NCBI GenBank assembly: GCA_947476405.1
Contig: CANJQG010000007.1
Span: forward strand, 447 to 64,446
Direction of reading: 5' to 3'
Source of the DNA: Thiotrichales bacterium
GTDB taxonomy: Bacteria > Pseudomonadota > Gammaproteobacteria > Francisellales > CACEW01
DNA: 64,000 bases
This document shows positions 45,433 through 54,165 of this stretch, piece after piece. A model generated the notes under the pieces. It was not told the origin of the DNA. It saw only the letters and a list, made by a program, of their open reading frames with translations, and searched no databases. How positions within the stretch are numbered: position 1 is the stretch's first letter; each line of letters starts with the position of its first letter. Position numbers and translations under genes: made by a program.

Positions 45433-46082
45433 GACCGCTTTCTCATGCTCCTCAGCCAGCGTGTGAAACAAATGATATTCAGCACAATCAATAATGAGAC
45501 TGCAATCATATTGTACCAGTTGTGGGCTTTATATGCCAAAAGGAGGGAGAGCAAGTCACCGATAATAAAATAGATCCAGCTTTCTATTTTTTTGTAATTC
45601 AGCTGGATGGAGGCGATGAGGAGAAAGGTAAAGCTAACCGCGTCTGTAATGGGGGCGATATCATTCACCCGATGCAAAATAGAGTACAGAATCGCTGCCA
45701 TCACAATAATAGCCAGTAGTGAGAACAAGTGCGCCTTGAGGGGCATTCTGGATGTGGCAATAACAGGATTGGGGTAAGATCGATGATGTCGGTCGTGTAC
45801 CATGCTGTAAAGCATTTGTTTTAGGCTGTGGTTTCGGTGACGTGTCCAAATAAAAAAGCCATAGGTGGAAACTCCTGCCTGAATGATTTGCATGGCCGCG
45901 TTAGCGTAGGCATGGTTGATAAACATTCCTACTGCAACAAGACCGTACGCGGGCCAATTCCAGAAAAAATTCTCAATTCTTTCGTGATAGCAATACCATA
46001 AGTTGATGAATGTAGCGATGATTGCGCAGATACCTAATGCGGTCATAGTAAGGGGCGTTTTGCTTTGATCAATGAGGGCCAA
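45429..46082 (-). CDS. PnuC-like nicotinamide riboside transporter family membrane protein
   Basis: About 7 TM segments. The aromatic/Asn-rich pattern (NLWYCYHERIENFFWNWPAYG, FFIWTR, KAHNWYN) is reminiscent of PnuC. The start is uncertain (TTG 46082 or ATG 46046). Confidence 0.55.
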   Translation of the reverse strand: MALIDQSKTPLTMTALGICAIIATFINLWYCYHERIENFFWNWPAYGLVAVGMFINHAYANAAMQIIQAGVSTYGFFIWTRHRNHSLKQMLYSMVHDRHHRSYPNPVIATSRMPLKAHLFSLLAIIVMAAILYSILHRVNDIAPITDAVSFTFLLIASIQLNYKKIESWIYFIIGDLLSLLLAYKAHNWYNMIAVSLLIVLNIICFTRWLRSMRKRS

Positions 46083-46160
46083 TACTACAGTGCATACGGG
46101 GTTAAATCAATTATTTTCGTGAAGATTGGTTGATTTTGTTAAATAAGGCCAATCTTTGAC

Positions 46161-47528
46161 TCACTGTTTGTATTGATCCAAAATGCCGTTGGCAATGTCT
46201 TTAATTTCCTGGCTTGCTCTGCGTAAAGCCAGTCGATCCGTTTCTGAGATAGTCTTGCTTTCATCGGCTAGTCCCAATAATGCCTCCGTTGGAGCATCCA
46301 CATCATGTGCTACTGCGGCGCACATTTCACCAAATTTCTTTTTAACGCGATCTTTTTCATCTCTAAATTCAAAGGCATTGACGATAAAATTTTGTAAAAA
46401 TATAAACTCATCAATCGTTGATGCGTGTTGGTTTAGCTGGGTTTTGTCGTTTTTATGCATGAGCACTTCGATATTATGGGTGAGTGTTTTAAATGGGGTT
46501 TCCAGGCGCTTTCCCATCCAGATGGAAAGCAATACCACCACGACAGCATAAGCGGATACGAAAAATGAAAGCCCGCCAAAAAGATCGTTATCAATCATGG
46601 AGAATGTGTGAAGAATAACAAAAAAGCCAAGAAAGCTGCCGACTGCCACTCCAAATGTCCATAGGACGAGTCTACTGCGAATAGCATTGATTCTATTGAA
46701 ATGGTTTTTGATGGAAAAAGATTGGTGTTTATCAAGCAATAAAATGCCAAACAGCATGAAAATCAATGCAAGAAACCATAGCATTACCGCGTAGTTTGAG
46801 ACCATGGGGTCTGCATTTCCAACGTAGGAATAGTTGAATAAAAATGCGCTGGAAAGGATGCACGCGACTCCAGTCAAAAAGAATTGCATTCCCAGGTCTT
46901 TGGCGCACATCATACATAATAGGGTGAGTTCCAGTAAAACCAATTCACAGAGGGAGGAAAAATTAAACAGAAACACGACATCTGAATAGATAGGGGAGAA
47001 GTTCAAGGCGGCAACAACCCCTAGAAAGGCTGACAGGTATGCATTATGGGAGTAGAAAAATAGCAGAATCAGCACTAAGTTTGCCGTGGCGAGTAAGGTA
47101 AATAAGATAAAAAAAGTGCTGTGTTTCAAAACATAGGAGAACAGTGATTTGCCCACAAAAACCATTAGAGTCAGTAGCCAGGTCAAATAAGGAAGATAAA
47201 ACAGCAGAAATCGAGCCCAGAGGCCAAGTGGATGGCCGTGTTTACTGGCGAGCATCATAATATGATAGGACGTTTGATTTACAAATAGGGCCAGCGTGGA
47301 TAGGAGGAGCCAAATAAACAGGCCCCTGTCAGCGGTATCTATTTTGCGAAATACCTTGATGGTATAAACAATGGTAATTGCTTGAATAATTAGCTCAATC
47401 AGATCAAACGAATATTTGACCTGGTAATGCGTCCAATCATGGGGAGAAACAACCAATAGACCCAATATCGCCAAAAAGATGACCGTGCAGGTTCCAAAAC
47501 AGATCGGGTAAACGGCGTTTTTCATTGT
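46161..47528 (-). CDS. membrane sensor paralog ending after the DHp (H-box) domain; lacks ATPase and receiver domains
   Basis: It is colinear with the N-terminal 470 aa of the 42263-44851 kinase (for example NIEVLMHKNDK..IDEFIFLQNFIVNAFEFRDEKDRVKKKFG..VAHDV). The stop falls right after ..DIANGILDQYKQ. The ATG at 47528 has GGAGGG 9 nt upstream. Confidence 0.75.
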   Translation of the reverse strand, partial: TMKNAVYPICFGTCTVIFLAILGLLVVSPHDWTHYQVKYSFDLIELIIQAITIVYTIKVFRKIDTADRGLFIWLLLSTLALFVNQTSYHIMMLASKHGHPLGLWARFLLFYLPYLTWLLTLMVFVGKSLFSYVLKHSTFFILFTLLATANLVLILLFFYSHNAYLSAFLGVVAALNFSPIYSDVVFLFNFSSLCELVLLELTLLCMMCAKDLGMQFFLTGVACILSSAFLFNYSYVGNADPMVSNYAVMLWFLALIFMLFGILLLDKHQSFSIKNHFNRINAIRSRLVLWTFGVAVGSFLGFFVILHTFSMIDNDLFGGLSFFVSAYAVVVVLLSIWMGKRLETPFKTLTHNIEVLMHKNDKTQLNQHASTIDEFIFLQNFIVNAFEFRDEKDRVKKKFGEMCAAVAHDVDAPTEALLGLADESKTISETDRLALRRASQEIKDIANGILDQYKQ

Positions 47529-47553
47529 ACATTCCCTCCATAATCTGGGCAGT

Positions 47554-48348
47554 TTAGACTGCAATGGGTGCTACAATTCTGGGGTGACACTGATAATTTT
47601 CAATAATAAAATCTTCAAATTTATAATCGAAAATTGAGTCTGGTTTGCGCGCTATTTTAAGCTGTGGCACTGGAAAAGGCTCCCGAGACAGTTGCAGTTT
47701 AGCTTGTTCCAAGTGGTTGCTATACAGATGTGTATCTCCGCCTGACCAGATAAACTCAGAGGGTTCCAGGTCGCATTGTTGCGCAATCATATAGGTCAGT
47801 AGCGCGTAAGAGGAAATATTAAAAGGAAGTCCCAAAAATACATCACAGCTGCGCTGATAAAGTTGGCAAGATAGTTTCTTTCCCGAAACATGAAATTGAA
47901 ACATTGCATGACATGGCGGCAGAGCCATTTCTCTGACTTCACCAGGATTCCATGCAACAACCATGAGAGGGGCGTCGCTTGGATTTGTTTTAATCTGATT
48001 GATAATATTGGTGATTTGATCAATCACTTGTCCATCGGGTGTTTCCCAGCGCCTCCACTGTTTGCCGTACACAGGGCCAAGGTCGCCATTTTCATCAGCC
48101 CACTCATCCCAAATGGTAACGCCATTTTCATGCAGATAGCGAATGTTGGTGTCCCCGCTTAAAAACCAGAGTAATTCGTGGATGATGGATCTGAGGTGGA
48201 CTTTTTTAGTCGTTACCAATGGAAATCCTTTCTGTAGGTCAAAACGTAGTTGTCGGCCAAATACGCTATAAATGCCAGTGCCAGTGCGGTCAGCTTTGAA
48301 TTCGCCGTGGTCTAAAATATCCTGCATTAGTTCAAGGTATTGTTTCAT
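47554..48348 (-). CDS. thyA: thymidylate synthase
   Basis: 264 aa. [25 protein letters not shown], the active-site PPCH and the C-terminal ..APIAV are ThyA-like. Confidence 0.97.
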   Translation of the reverse strand: MKQYLELMQDILDHGEFKADRTGTGIYSVFGRQLRFDLQKGFPLVTTKKVHLRSIIHELLWFLSGDTNIRYLHENGVTIWDEWADENGDLGPVYGKQWRRWETPDGQVIDQITNIINQIKTNPSDAPLMVVAWNPGEVREMALPPCHAMFQFHVSGKKLSCQLYQRSCDVFLGLPFNISSYALLTYMIAQQCDLEPSEFIWSGGDTHLYSNHLEQAKLQLSREPFPVPQLKIARKPDSIFDYKFEDFIIENYQCHPRIVAPIAV

Positions 48349-48515
48349 TTTAAGAATCCTTTGCGCCCTAAAAAATTGTAGTGTTTATTCTACCATAAGC
48401 GTGATCTATGTGAAGACACGGGAGCCCTTAAATGTATTGATTTTTATGTGACACATCCTTGCTATTGTTTTTTGTTTTGAAGGATAATGGAGTCATAACA
48501 CAAGGCGATTTGACT

Positions 48516-48992
48516 ATGAAAAAAGAAGTGTGCTCAGGCAGTGTCAAGGATATCGATTTTATCTATGATGAGCTCAAAAAAGATTTTGATGAGCAGGGTA
48601 TTTTATACCGCTTCAAATATTCAAAGGATGAGTTTAGAGACTTGTTGTTTGGTGAGCGCCCCATTGCGAATGTACTGATTCTTTTGGCTGATGAGCAGCC
48701 AATTGGTTTTGCAATTTATGCGATTGACTGTAGAAACTTCACGGTGTTGTGTTCTTCGACCCTCTATATCAATGACTTGTACATCATAAAATCGCATCGA
48801 AGAGGAGGTGCGGCCACGTTTCTTTTTGAAGCGCTCAAGGACATTGCCAAGCAGGAAAAGTGCGGTAGGCTTGAAGGCATTGTGCTTAAAGATAATGAAG
48901 GTGCTATGGATTTTTATGAAAAATTCCTGCATGCCAGAGTGCTTTCTTCTTTCAATTATATGCGTTTGGAATTGGAAGAAAAGAGCAATTGA
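48516..48992 (+). CDS. GNAT family N-acetyltransferase
   Basis: Motif A is YIIKSHRRGGAATFLFEAL. The ATG at 48516 (MKKEV..) is preferred to the ORF-track start 48459. Confidence 0.8.
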   Translation: MKKEVCSGSVKDIDFIYDELKKDFDEQGILYRFKYSKDEFRDLLFGERPIANVLILLADEQPIGFAIYAIDCRNFTVLCSSTLYINDLYIIKSHRRGGAATFLFEALKDIAKQEKCGRLEGIVLKDNEGAMDFYEKFLHARVLSSFNYMRLELEEKSN

Positions 48993-49009
48993 TTGAGGCT
49001 TGCGCTTCC

Positions 49010-49645
49010 TTATCTCTCCAGGCTTGCTCGAATAGGTGACCCATCTACTTCCTTTATGTTTAAAGGATAAATGCGGGCGTAATAAAGTCCGGCAGGAACC
49101 TCTTTTAACTCAAGATTTTCGACAATCAGGACGTCATGAGAAAGCAATTCGCGATGGACGGCAAAGCTATCATCTCCATGTGCATCCACGCTTAAGTAAT
49201 CTATGCCAACGATTTTTACTTTTTTCTCTCGAAGATATTGGGCTGCTGCTGGGCTAATTGCAGTGTACTCTTCCACATATTCTGTGATTGCAGAATTGGG
49301 GGTTTTAAAGAAAACAATATCTCCCTCCTGAATATCTTGGCCAGCCAAATTTTCAGGGTAGATTAATGGTGTGCCAGGGCCAACCTCAATTACAAGGCAG
49401 CGCCCCATTAAATGTGACAGTCTAAAGTCAGCACTGGTTTTGCCGCCTCGAATAAAGTGAGCGGGGAAGTCGATGTGTGTTCCTGCATGATTGCTCATAT
49501 GGATATGGAGTAAATTACAAGCATCCTCTTTATCAAGGCTGGAAATGCACTCTTTTGAAAATGCGGGATCTCCTGGATAGATTAGCATCCCAGAGTGAAT
49601 GAGCTTGGTAATATCATAAAAGACAACAGGAGCAGAAAATAGCAT
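49010..49645 (-). CDS. cyclase-family protein (kynurenine formamidase-like)
   Basis: HAGTHIDFPAHF matches the HxGTHxDxPxH cyclase/arylformamidase motif. Confidence 0.85.
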   Translation of the reverse strand: MLFSAPVVFYDITKLIHSGMLIYPGDPAFSKECISSLDKEDACNLLHIHMSNHAGTHIDFPAHFIRGGKTSADFRLSHLMGRCLVIEVGPGTPLIYPENLAGQDIQEGDIVFFKTPNSAITEYVEEYTAISPAAAQYLREKKVKIVGIDYLSVDAHGDDSFAVHRELLSHDVLIVENLELKEVPAGLYYARIYPLNIKEVDGSPIRASLER

Positions 49646-49710
49646 GGGTTCCCTTTGGGTATGTGTTGCATTTTATTTTAGCACATTTTTTTTACCTGCG
49701 TTTCTGAATA

Positions 49711-50025
49711 CTAATGCCGAGGCGTGCTCTCAATTCTTGAAATCATATTTTTTGACTCTTCAAACATTTTCTGCAAATCGACAAGTTCAGCCTGTTGTTC
49801 TGCTGTAAGTTCTTTCTTGTGCCAGTTTTCAATATTATTGGCAAACCAGTCAAATTGATCATTCAAATACGCTTTTATTTTTTCAAAGTCGGAGCGCTTG
49901 GAATCTTCCTCGAGATTTTCAAGGGTTTCAGTCAGCATATTATTAAATAATTTAATTAGATTGATGAAGTCAGTAATGACGCTAGCTGGAAGGTCATTTA
50001 AGTCATCGATCATAGATTTTTCCAC
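49711..50025 (-). CDS. hypothetical acidic helical protein (about 100 aa)
   Basis: ORF only. The start is either GTG 50025 or ATG 50013. Confidence 0.45.
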   Translation of the reverse strand: MEKSMIDDLNDLPASVITDFINLIKLFNNMLTETLENLEEDSKRSDFEKIKAYLNDQFDWFANNIENWHKKELTAEQQAELVDLQKMFEESKNMISRIESTPRH

Positions 50026-50178
50026 TTGTCACCAAATTTTATGTATATTTAAAGTTTCGTTGACATAAATGATAGCAATAATTATTTAAATAAGCAAATT
50101 TATTACACATGATGATATTGTTTTTCGTTATTTATAAATAAAGTATACAAATGTTAAAATTCTGTAACAAATGTTCAA

Positions 50179-50207
50179 TTGACTAGTTTTATGCATGAGA
50201 ATATAAT
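50179..50207 (+). promoter_or_regulatory. near-consensus sigma70 promoter (TTGACT-17-TATAAT)
   Basis: Read directly in the AT-rich 217-nt intergenic region upstream of paralog A. Confidence 0.5.
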
Positions 50208-50242
50208 TGATCACATGGTTAGGTTAAAAACTTATAAAAAAA

Positions 50243-51385
50243 ATGAAAATAACAAAAGCATCATGGCCAAGTGTAAAAGACAATATTGCCAATTGTTCTC
50301 CAGAGTTAGTAAATCATCTTAATATTATTTTTAAGAAAAATCGTTCTCTTAGGACGTATATCGCAGAATATAAATATGGTGATGTGATTGCGCAGCAGGG
50401 AATGCTAGATTTGCAAGCATCAGAGCAAAAATTTGCCTTTGGCCTGGTTCTGAAGGGTGGATTGGAAGTCTTTATTCAAAATGATGAGGATGACTGCAAG
50501 GTAACAACGCTCGCGATGCTCCAGCCCGGAAATCTGCTTTTTTTACACGAAGATCTTGAGCCATCCTCGATCCCACTTGATTTGCAGTATGTCACCGCAG
50601 GGGCGCGATCCATTTTCTTTCTCGCCCAATTAGGTGATTCCGATCGTCTCTTCCATTTTTCCAAATTGAATAATACGCCGATGTGCATGCCAGCATCCAT
50701 TTTTCACCAGTGGGAACTTTTTAAGGCATTGGCCAGTGCTCGCAATTCCGATTGGAGCGCGAAGGTCATTTTATTTTCAGAAGATTGGCTTAATCAAAGT
50801 GGCAGTGCTGAACTTAAGCACTATCTGACTAAACAAGGTGTGCCCACTCCTGATTTTCAATCGCATCGGCAGGAAATTGATGCAGCAGTGGCGGGGGTCA
50901 TTCAACGAAAAAATGAAGTCCATGCAGGTCAAATCCTGAAAAATATTTTATCAATTGCCGCTGGGGATCTGCCAGGTTTCAGCTTTGCAGAAGATGAGAC
51001 CTTTGCCCCCGTTAAATTAATTCGTGAGGCCTTCGGTAAAGATTATGGTCTGGAACTGACAGAGCTCATGCAACCAGGTTATATCCGCGCAGGCGTCGAT
51101 TGCTTTTATTCGTTTGCGTTTAATAGTAGTGTTGATCAATACGCGCGTCATCATAAGAAAGGACGCCAGTCCAGTCTTGAGGTGATGCGCGAAACCCAAA
51201 ACCTATACAGTCGTCTGACGGAAGTCGGTGGCTGGCATCGAGGAGACATATATGACTTAGCCAAGTTAGAGTTTTTACATGCAAAAGCAAAACAGAATCT
51301 TTCGCCGGATCAAAAATCTAATCAGATCCACAGCAAGCAGTCCCCCTTTCTACGACAGGGCTGCATCTTAATTACTCCCCACTAA
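50243..51385 (+). CDS. hypothetical protein, paralog A (380 aa)
   Basis: It is homologous along its length to the next ORF. Shared motifs are SW..VK, Y.YG..IA, PGN(L/I)L, (V/L)TAG.RS(I/V), LPGF/IPGF...(K)(L/Q)I(R/Q)EA(F/Y) and a C-terminal FL..GC.(L/R)I. Confidence 0.75.
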   Translation: MKITKASWPSVKDNIANCSPELVNHLNIIFKKNRSLRTYIAEYKYGDVIAQQGMLDLQASEQKFAFGLVLKGGLEVFIQNDEDDCKVTTLAMLQPGNLLFLHEDLEPSSIPLDLQYVTAGARSIFFLAQLGDSDRLFHFSKLNNTPMCMPASIFHQWELFKALASARNSDWSAKVILFSEDWLNQSGSAELKHYLTKQGVPTPDFQSHRQEIDAAVAGVIQRKNEVHAGQILKNILSIAAGDLPGFSFAEDETFAPVKLIREAFGKDYGLELTELMQPGYIRAGVDCFYSFAFNSSVDQYARHHKKGRQSSLEVMRETQNLYSRLTEVGGWHRGDIYDLAKLEFLHAKAKQNLSPDQKSNQIHSKQSPFLRQGCILITPH

Positions 51386-51412
51386 AATAACTAAAAAAAG
51401 AGAGGTCTTATC

Positions 51413-52675
51413 ATGGCAGTTAAAATGTCGGTGTCGCCCTTTGTCGCCATCAAAAATCCAAAACCACAAAAGGCTATAACCGAAGTTTCCTGGAAGGAAG
51501 TTAAAAAAAGAGTGCAAGCAGTTAGGCCAGACCTGGTGAAAATATTGGATAAACTGGATTCACCCCACCCATTATTTCTCAATACCTACGGCTATGGCGC
51601 GACCATCGCTGACCCTCAAATGAACCCAGGCTTGAGCCTGATCTTGGAAAAGCGCTGCGAGCTCTTTTTTGAATATCCCGATATCAAACCCACCTACAGA
51701 GTTTATCGCCCAGGAAATATCCTGTGCGCCTGGCATATTTTTGCCGATAAAATGCAGCCGCAAGCGCATGATCTCTGGAAACTCACCGCAGGCTGCCGCA
51801 GTGTCTATATGCTCCCCAAAATTTCAGCATTGCGAAACCATAAAGTTATCCAGAAAAAATATGATATTGGGGTCGTCAGCCCACAGGAGCTTGATGATCA
51901 CTGGGATGTGTTTTATCTCATCGCTAACAGTAAAGTGAATAACCCTGAAAACTCCTGGAAGGCCACACTGCTGACCTTTCCAGATGAGTGGTTCACGCAT
52001 CGAGATGATCCCGCCTGGGCCCCATTTTATCACTGCATTGAACATTCACTGACAGAATATCGAACCATTGATGCAAAAGGCCCCTGGCTGGATTCAATAT
52101 TCGGTGGCCTCATGCGTGAAAAAGACATCAATATGACCGACCCGCTGAAAGAACAGATGAAAAGCTTAGTTTTGTTGGCCTCCAGCGGAATTCCTGGTTT
52201 TAGAGAGGCTGATGAGGAAGCGCTGCCCCTCAAGCAGATCCAAGAAGCCTACACCAAGCATTACGGCATCAAAGAATACGCGCCAATCATCGTTGCCCCA
52301 GAATATATGAATTGGCAGCCAGAAAAAAATCTGTACTATTCCTTGAACCATCCTACTTCCTACATGATTGCCCCTTACAGAAATAAGCGCAAAAGTATGG
52401 TGCGCTATATGTTTCAGCTGTATTGGAATTTTGAGAGATTGCGCAGTTATGTTTTTAAAAAACTGAAAGTATCTCCTGACTCTGAAATGTATCAAGTTCT
52501 GTCGCAATACGCCTTTGATTTTTATCATGATGAGGCTGTGGAATTTGATGTGTTCAAATTTCCTGAGCAGATTGTGAAGGATGATCCTGATTTTATGAAG
52601 TCCTGGCCTGGTCGTAGTTTGCAGGCGCATAGTTATTTTTTAAATGGGTGCGTGCGGATTCAGAGGAAAAGTTAA
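51413..52675 (+). CDS. hypothetical protein, paralog B (420 aa)
   Basis: See paralog A. The two genes are separated by 27 nt. Confidence 0.75.
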   Translation: MAVKMSVSPFVAIKNPKPQKAITEVSWKEVKKRVQAVRPDLVKILDKLDSPHPLFLNTYGYGATIADPQMNPGLSLILEKRCELFFEYPDIKPTYRVYRPGNILCAWHIFADKMQPQAHDLWKLTAGCRSVYMLPKISALRNHKVIQKKYDIGVVSPQELDDHWDVFYLIANSKVNNPENSWKATLLTFPDEWFTHRDDPAWAPFYHCIEHSLTEYRTIDAKGPWLDSIFGGLMREKDINMTDPLKEQMKSLVLLASSGIPGFREADEEALPLKQIQEAYTKHYGIKEYAPIIVAPEYMNWQPEKNLYYSLNHPTSYMIAPYRNKRKSMVRYMFQLYWNFERLRSYVFKKLKVSPDSEMYQVLSQYAFDFYHDEAVEFDVFKFPEQIVKDDPDFMKSWPGRSLQAHSYFLNGCVRIQRKS

Positions 52676-53172
52676 TTCTCTATCCGATAAAAGCGACATG
52701 AGGTGCCTTTAACGATTTCATCTTTATAGTGCTTCATGCCGCATTTTTCCATGACTCGCTGCGATGCTGTATGGGCAGCGGGCGCATAACCTATAATAAA
52801 GTCTGCTTTAATGTGATCCTTTGCCCAATGCAGAGAAGCGGTCAATACTTCTGACGCGTAGCCTTTATTCCAGAATGCCTTATGCAGCACATATCCAACC
52901 TCAATTTCACCCGTGTCAATGAGTCCAAAGCCAGCGCGCCCCACAAATTTCTGTGATTCCAATTCAAATACAGCGAAGCCGGGTATTCCTTTGTCACGGT
53001 AAAAATCTAAAAAATCTTGCATGCGTGCTGCACTCTGTTCAAGCGTTTGCACGCCATCTGGAAAAAACTGTCTGACCTCAGGATCGGCATTGAGTTTGGC
53101 CATCTCAGGTAGGTCAGATTTTTCGATGGGGCGTAAGCCTAAGCGCGCGGTTTGAATCATGTATTTTTTCAT
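52672..53172 (-). CDS. GNAT family N-acetyltransferase (RimJ/RimL-like)
   Basis: TARLGLRPIEKSD, NADPEVRQFFPDG and FWNKGYASE show the Acetyltransf_3-type pattern. Confidence 0.85.
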   Translation of the reverse strand: MKKYMIQTARLGLRPIEKSDLPEMAKLNADPEVRQFFPDGVQTLEQSAARMQDFLDFYRDKGIPGFAVFELESQKFVGRAGFGLIDTGEIEVGYVLHKAFWNKGYASEVLTASLHWAKDHIKADFIIGYAPAAHTASQRVMEKCGMKHYKDEIVKGTSCRFYRIEN

Positions 53173-54065
53173 GTCAGTCCTTGTGGCATCATTGAAGTGG
53201 GCAAGAAAAACTCAATAAACCGCTGTACTTTAGGTTTCATGTGCCGTGTCTGCGGATAGTGATAGTAAACGCTGGCATTGATGGCCTGATATTCCGAAAG
53301 CACTTCAATCAACTCACCGCGCTTTAACAAATCCTCCACCATATACAGCGGAAGTTGAATCAGGCCTAGATGTTGCTTGGCGCATTCAATCATCGAGGCA
53401 ACGCTGTTGACCTCCAGATAAGGTTGAAGTGAAAGCTGATATTTTGATTTCAGCTTGATGATCTGGTGATTGGGGCGCGCGATATGCGAAATATAATGGT
53501 GTTGATGCAGATCCTCCAGCGTTTGGGGAGTGCCTTTTTCAGCAAAATATTGGAGCGAGGCACAGAGAATATAGCGCGTAGTCGCCATTCTTTTTTGCAC
53601 GACTTCGCCTGGATTGGGAACAGGCAGGGCAAAACCCAGAGCAAGATCAATCTGCTCTTCAATAAAATTAGGCACGCGCTCGGTGGTATCAATACGCAGG
53701 GAGATTTTGGGATATTGCTCCAGAAAGCTTTTGAGTCTGGGGAAAATCAGTTTCTGTGCAAAATAACTAAAGGCGACGACATGTAAATGCCCCTCAGGCT
53801 CATCATGAAAGTGCTTGCAGAGGCTGCGCGCTTCATCCAATTCATGCCTTAGGCGAAGACATTGTTCCAAAAGTGACTCACCTTGGTCGGTCAGAGTAAT
53901 CCTCTGTTTATGGCGGGTGAAAAGCGTGATATTAAAATCAGCTTCCAGGCGTTTGATTTGTTTGCTTAATGCAGCCTTCGTCGTTTTGAGTTGGCTCGCA
54001 GCTTGTGTAATGCTACCCAATTGCGCTACATGCGTGAAAATTTCAAAGCGATCTAAATCAGACAT
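53169..54065 (-). CDS. LysR-family transcriptional regulator
   Basis: The LysR HTH is FEIFTHVAQLGSITQAASQLKTTKAALSKQIKRLEADFNITLFTR. The ATG at 54065 is preferred. It is divergent from the MFS gene. Confidence 0.9.
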   Translation of the reverse strand: MSDLDRFEIFTHVAQLGSITQAASQLKTTKAALSKQIKRLEADFNITLFTRHKQRITLTDQGESLLEQCLRLRHELDEARSLCKHFHDEPEGHLHVVAFSYFAQKLIFPRLKSFLEQYPKISLRIDTTERVPNFIEEQIDLALGFALPVPNPGEVVQKRMATTRYILCASLQYFAEKGTPQTLEDLHQHHYISHIARPNHQIIKLKSKYQLSLQPYLEVNSVASMIECAKQHLGLIQLPLYMVEDLLKRGELIEVLSEYQAINASVYYHYPQTRHMKPKVQRFIEFFLPTSMMPQGLT

Positions 54066-54165
54066 GATGTCAACTAAAAAGAAACACTTGTTGCATATTA
54101 TAGCACTATTTAGTTTTTTAAGAAACAACTATAATGGGGTATAGTTCAGAAAAGAGGATCAATAG

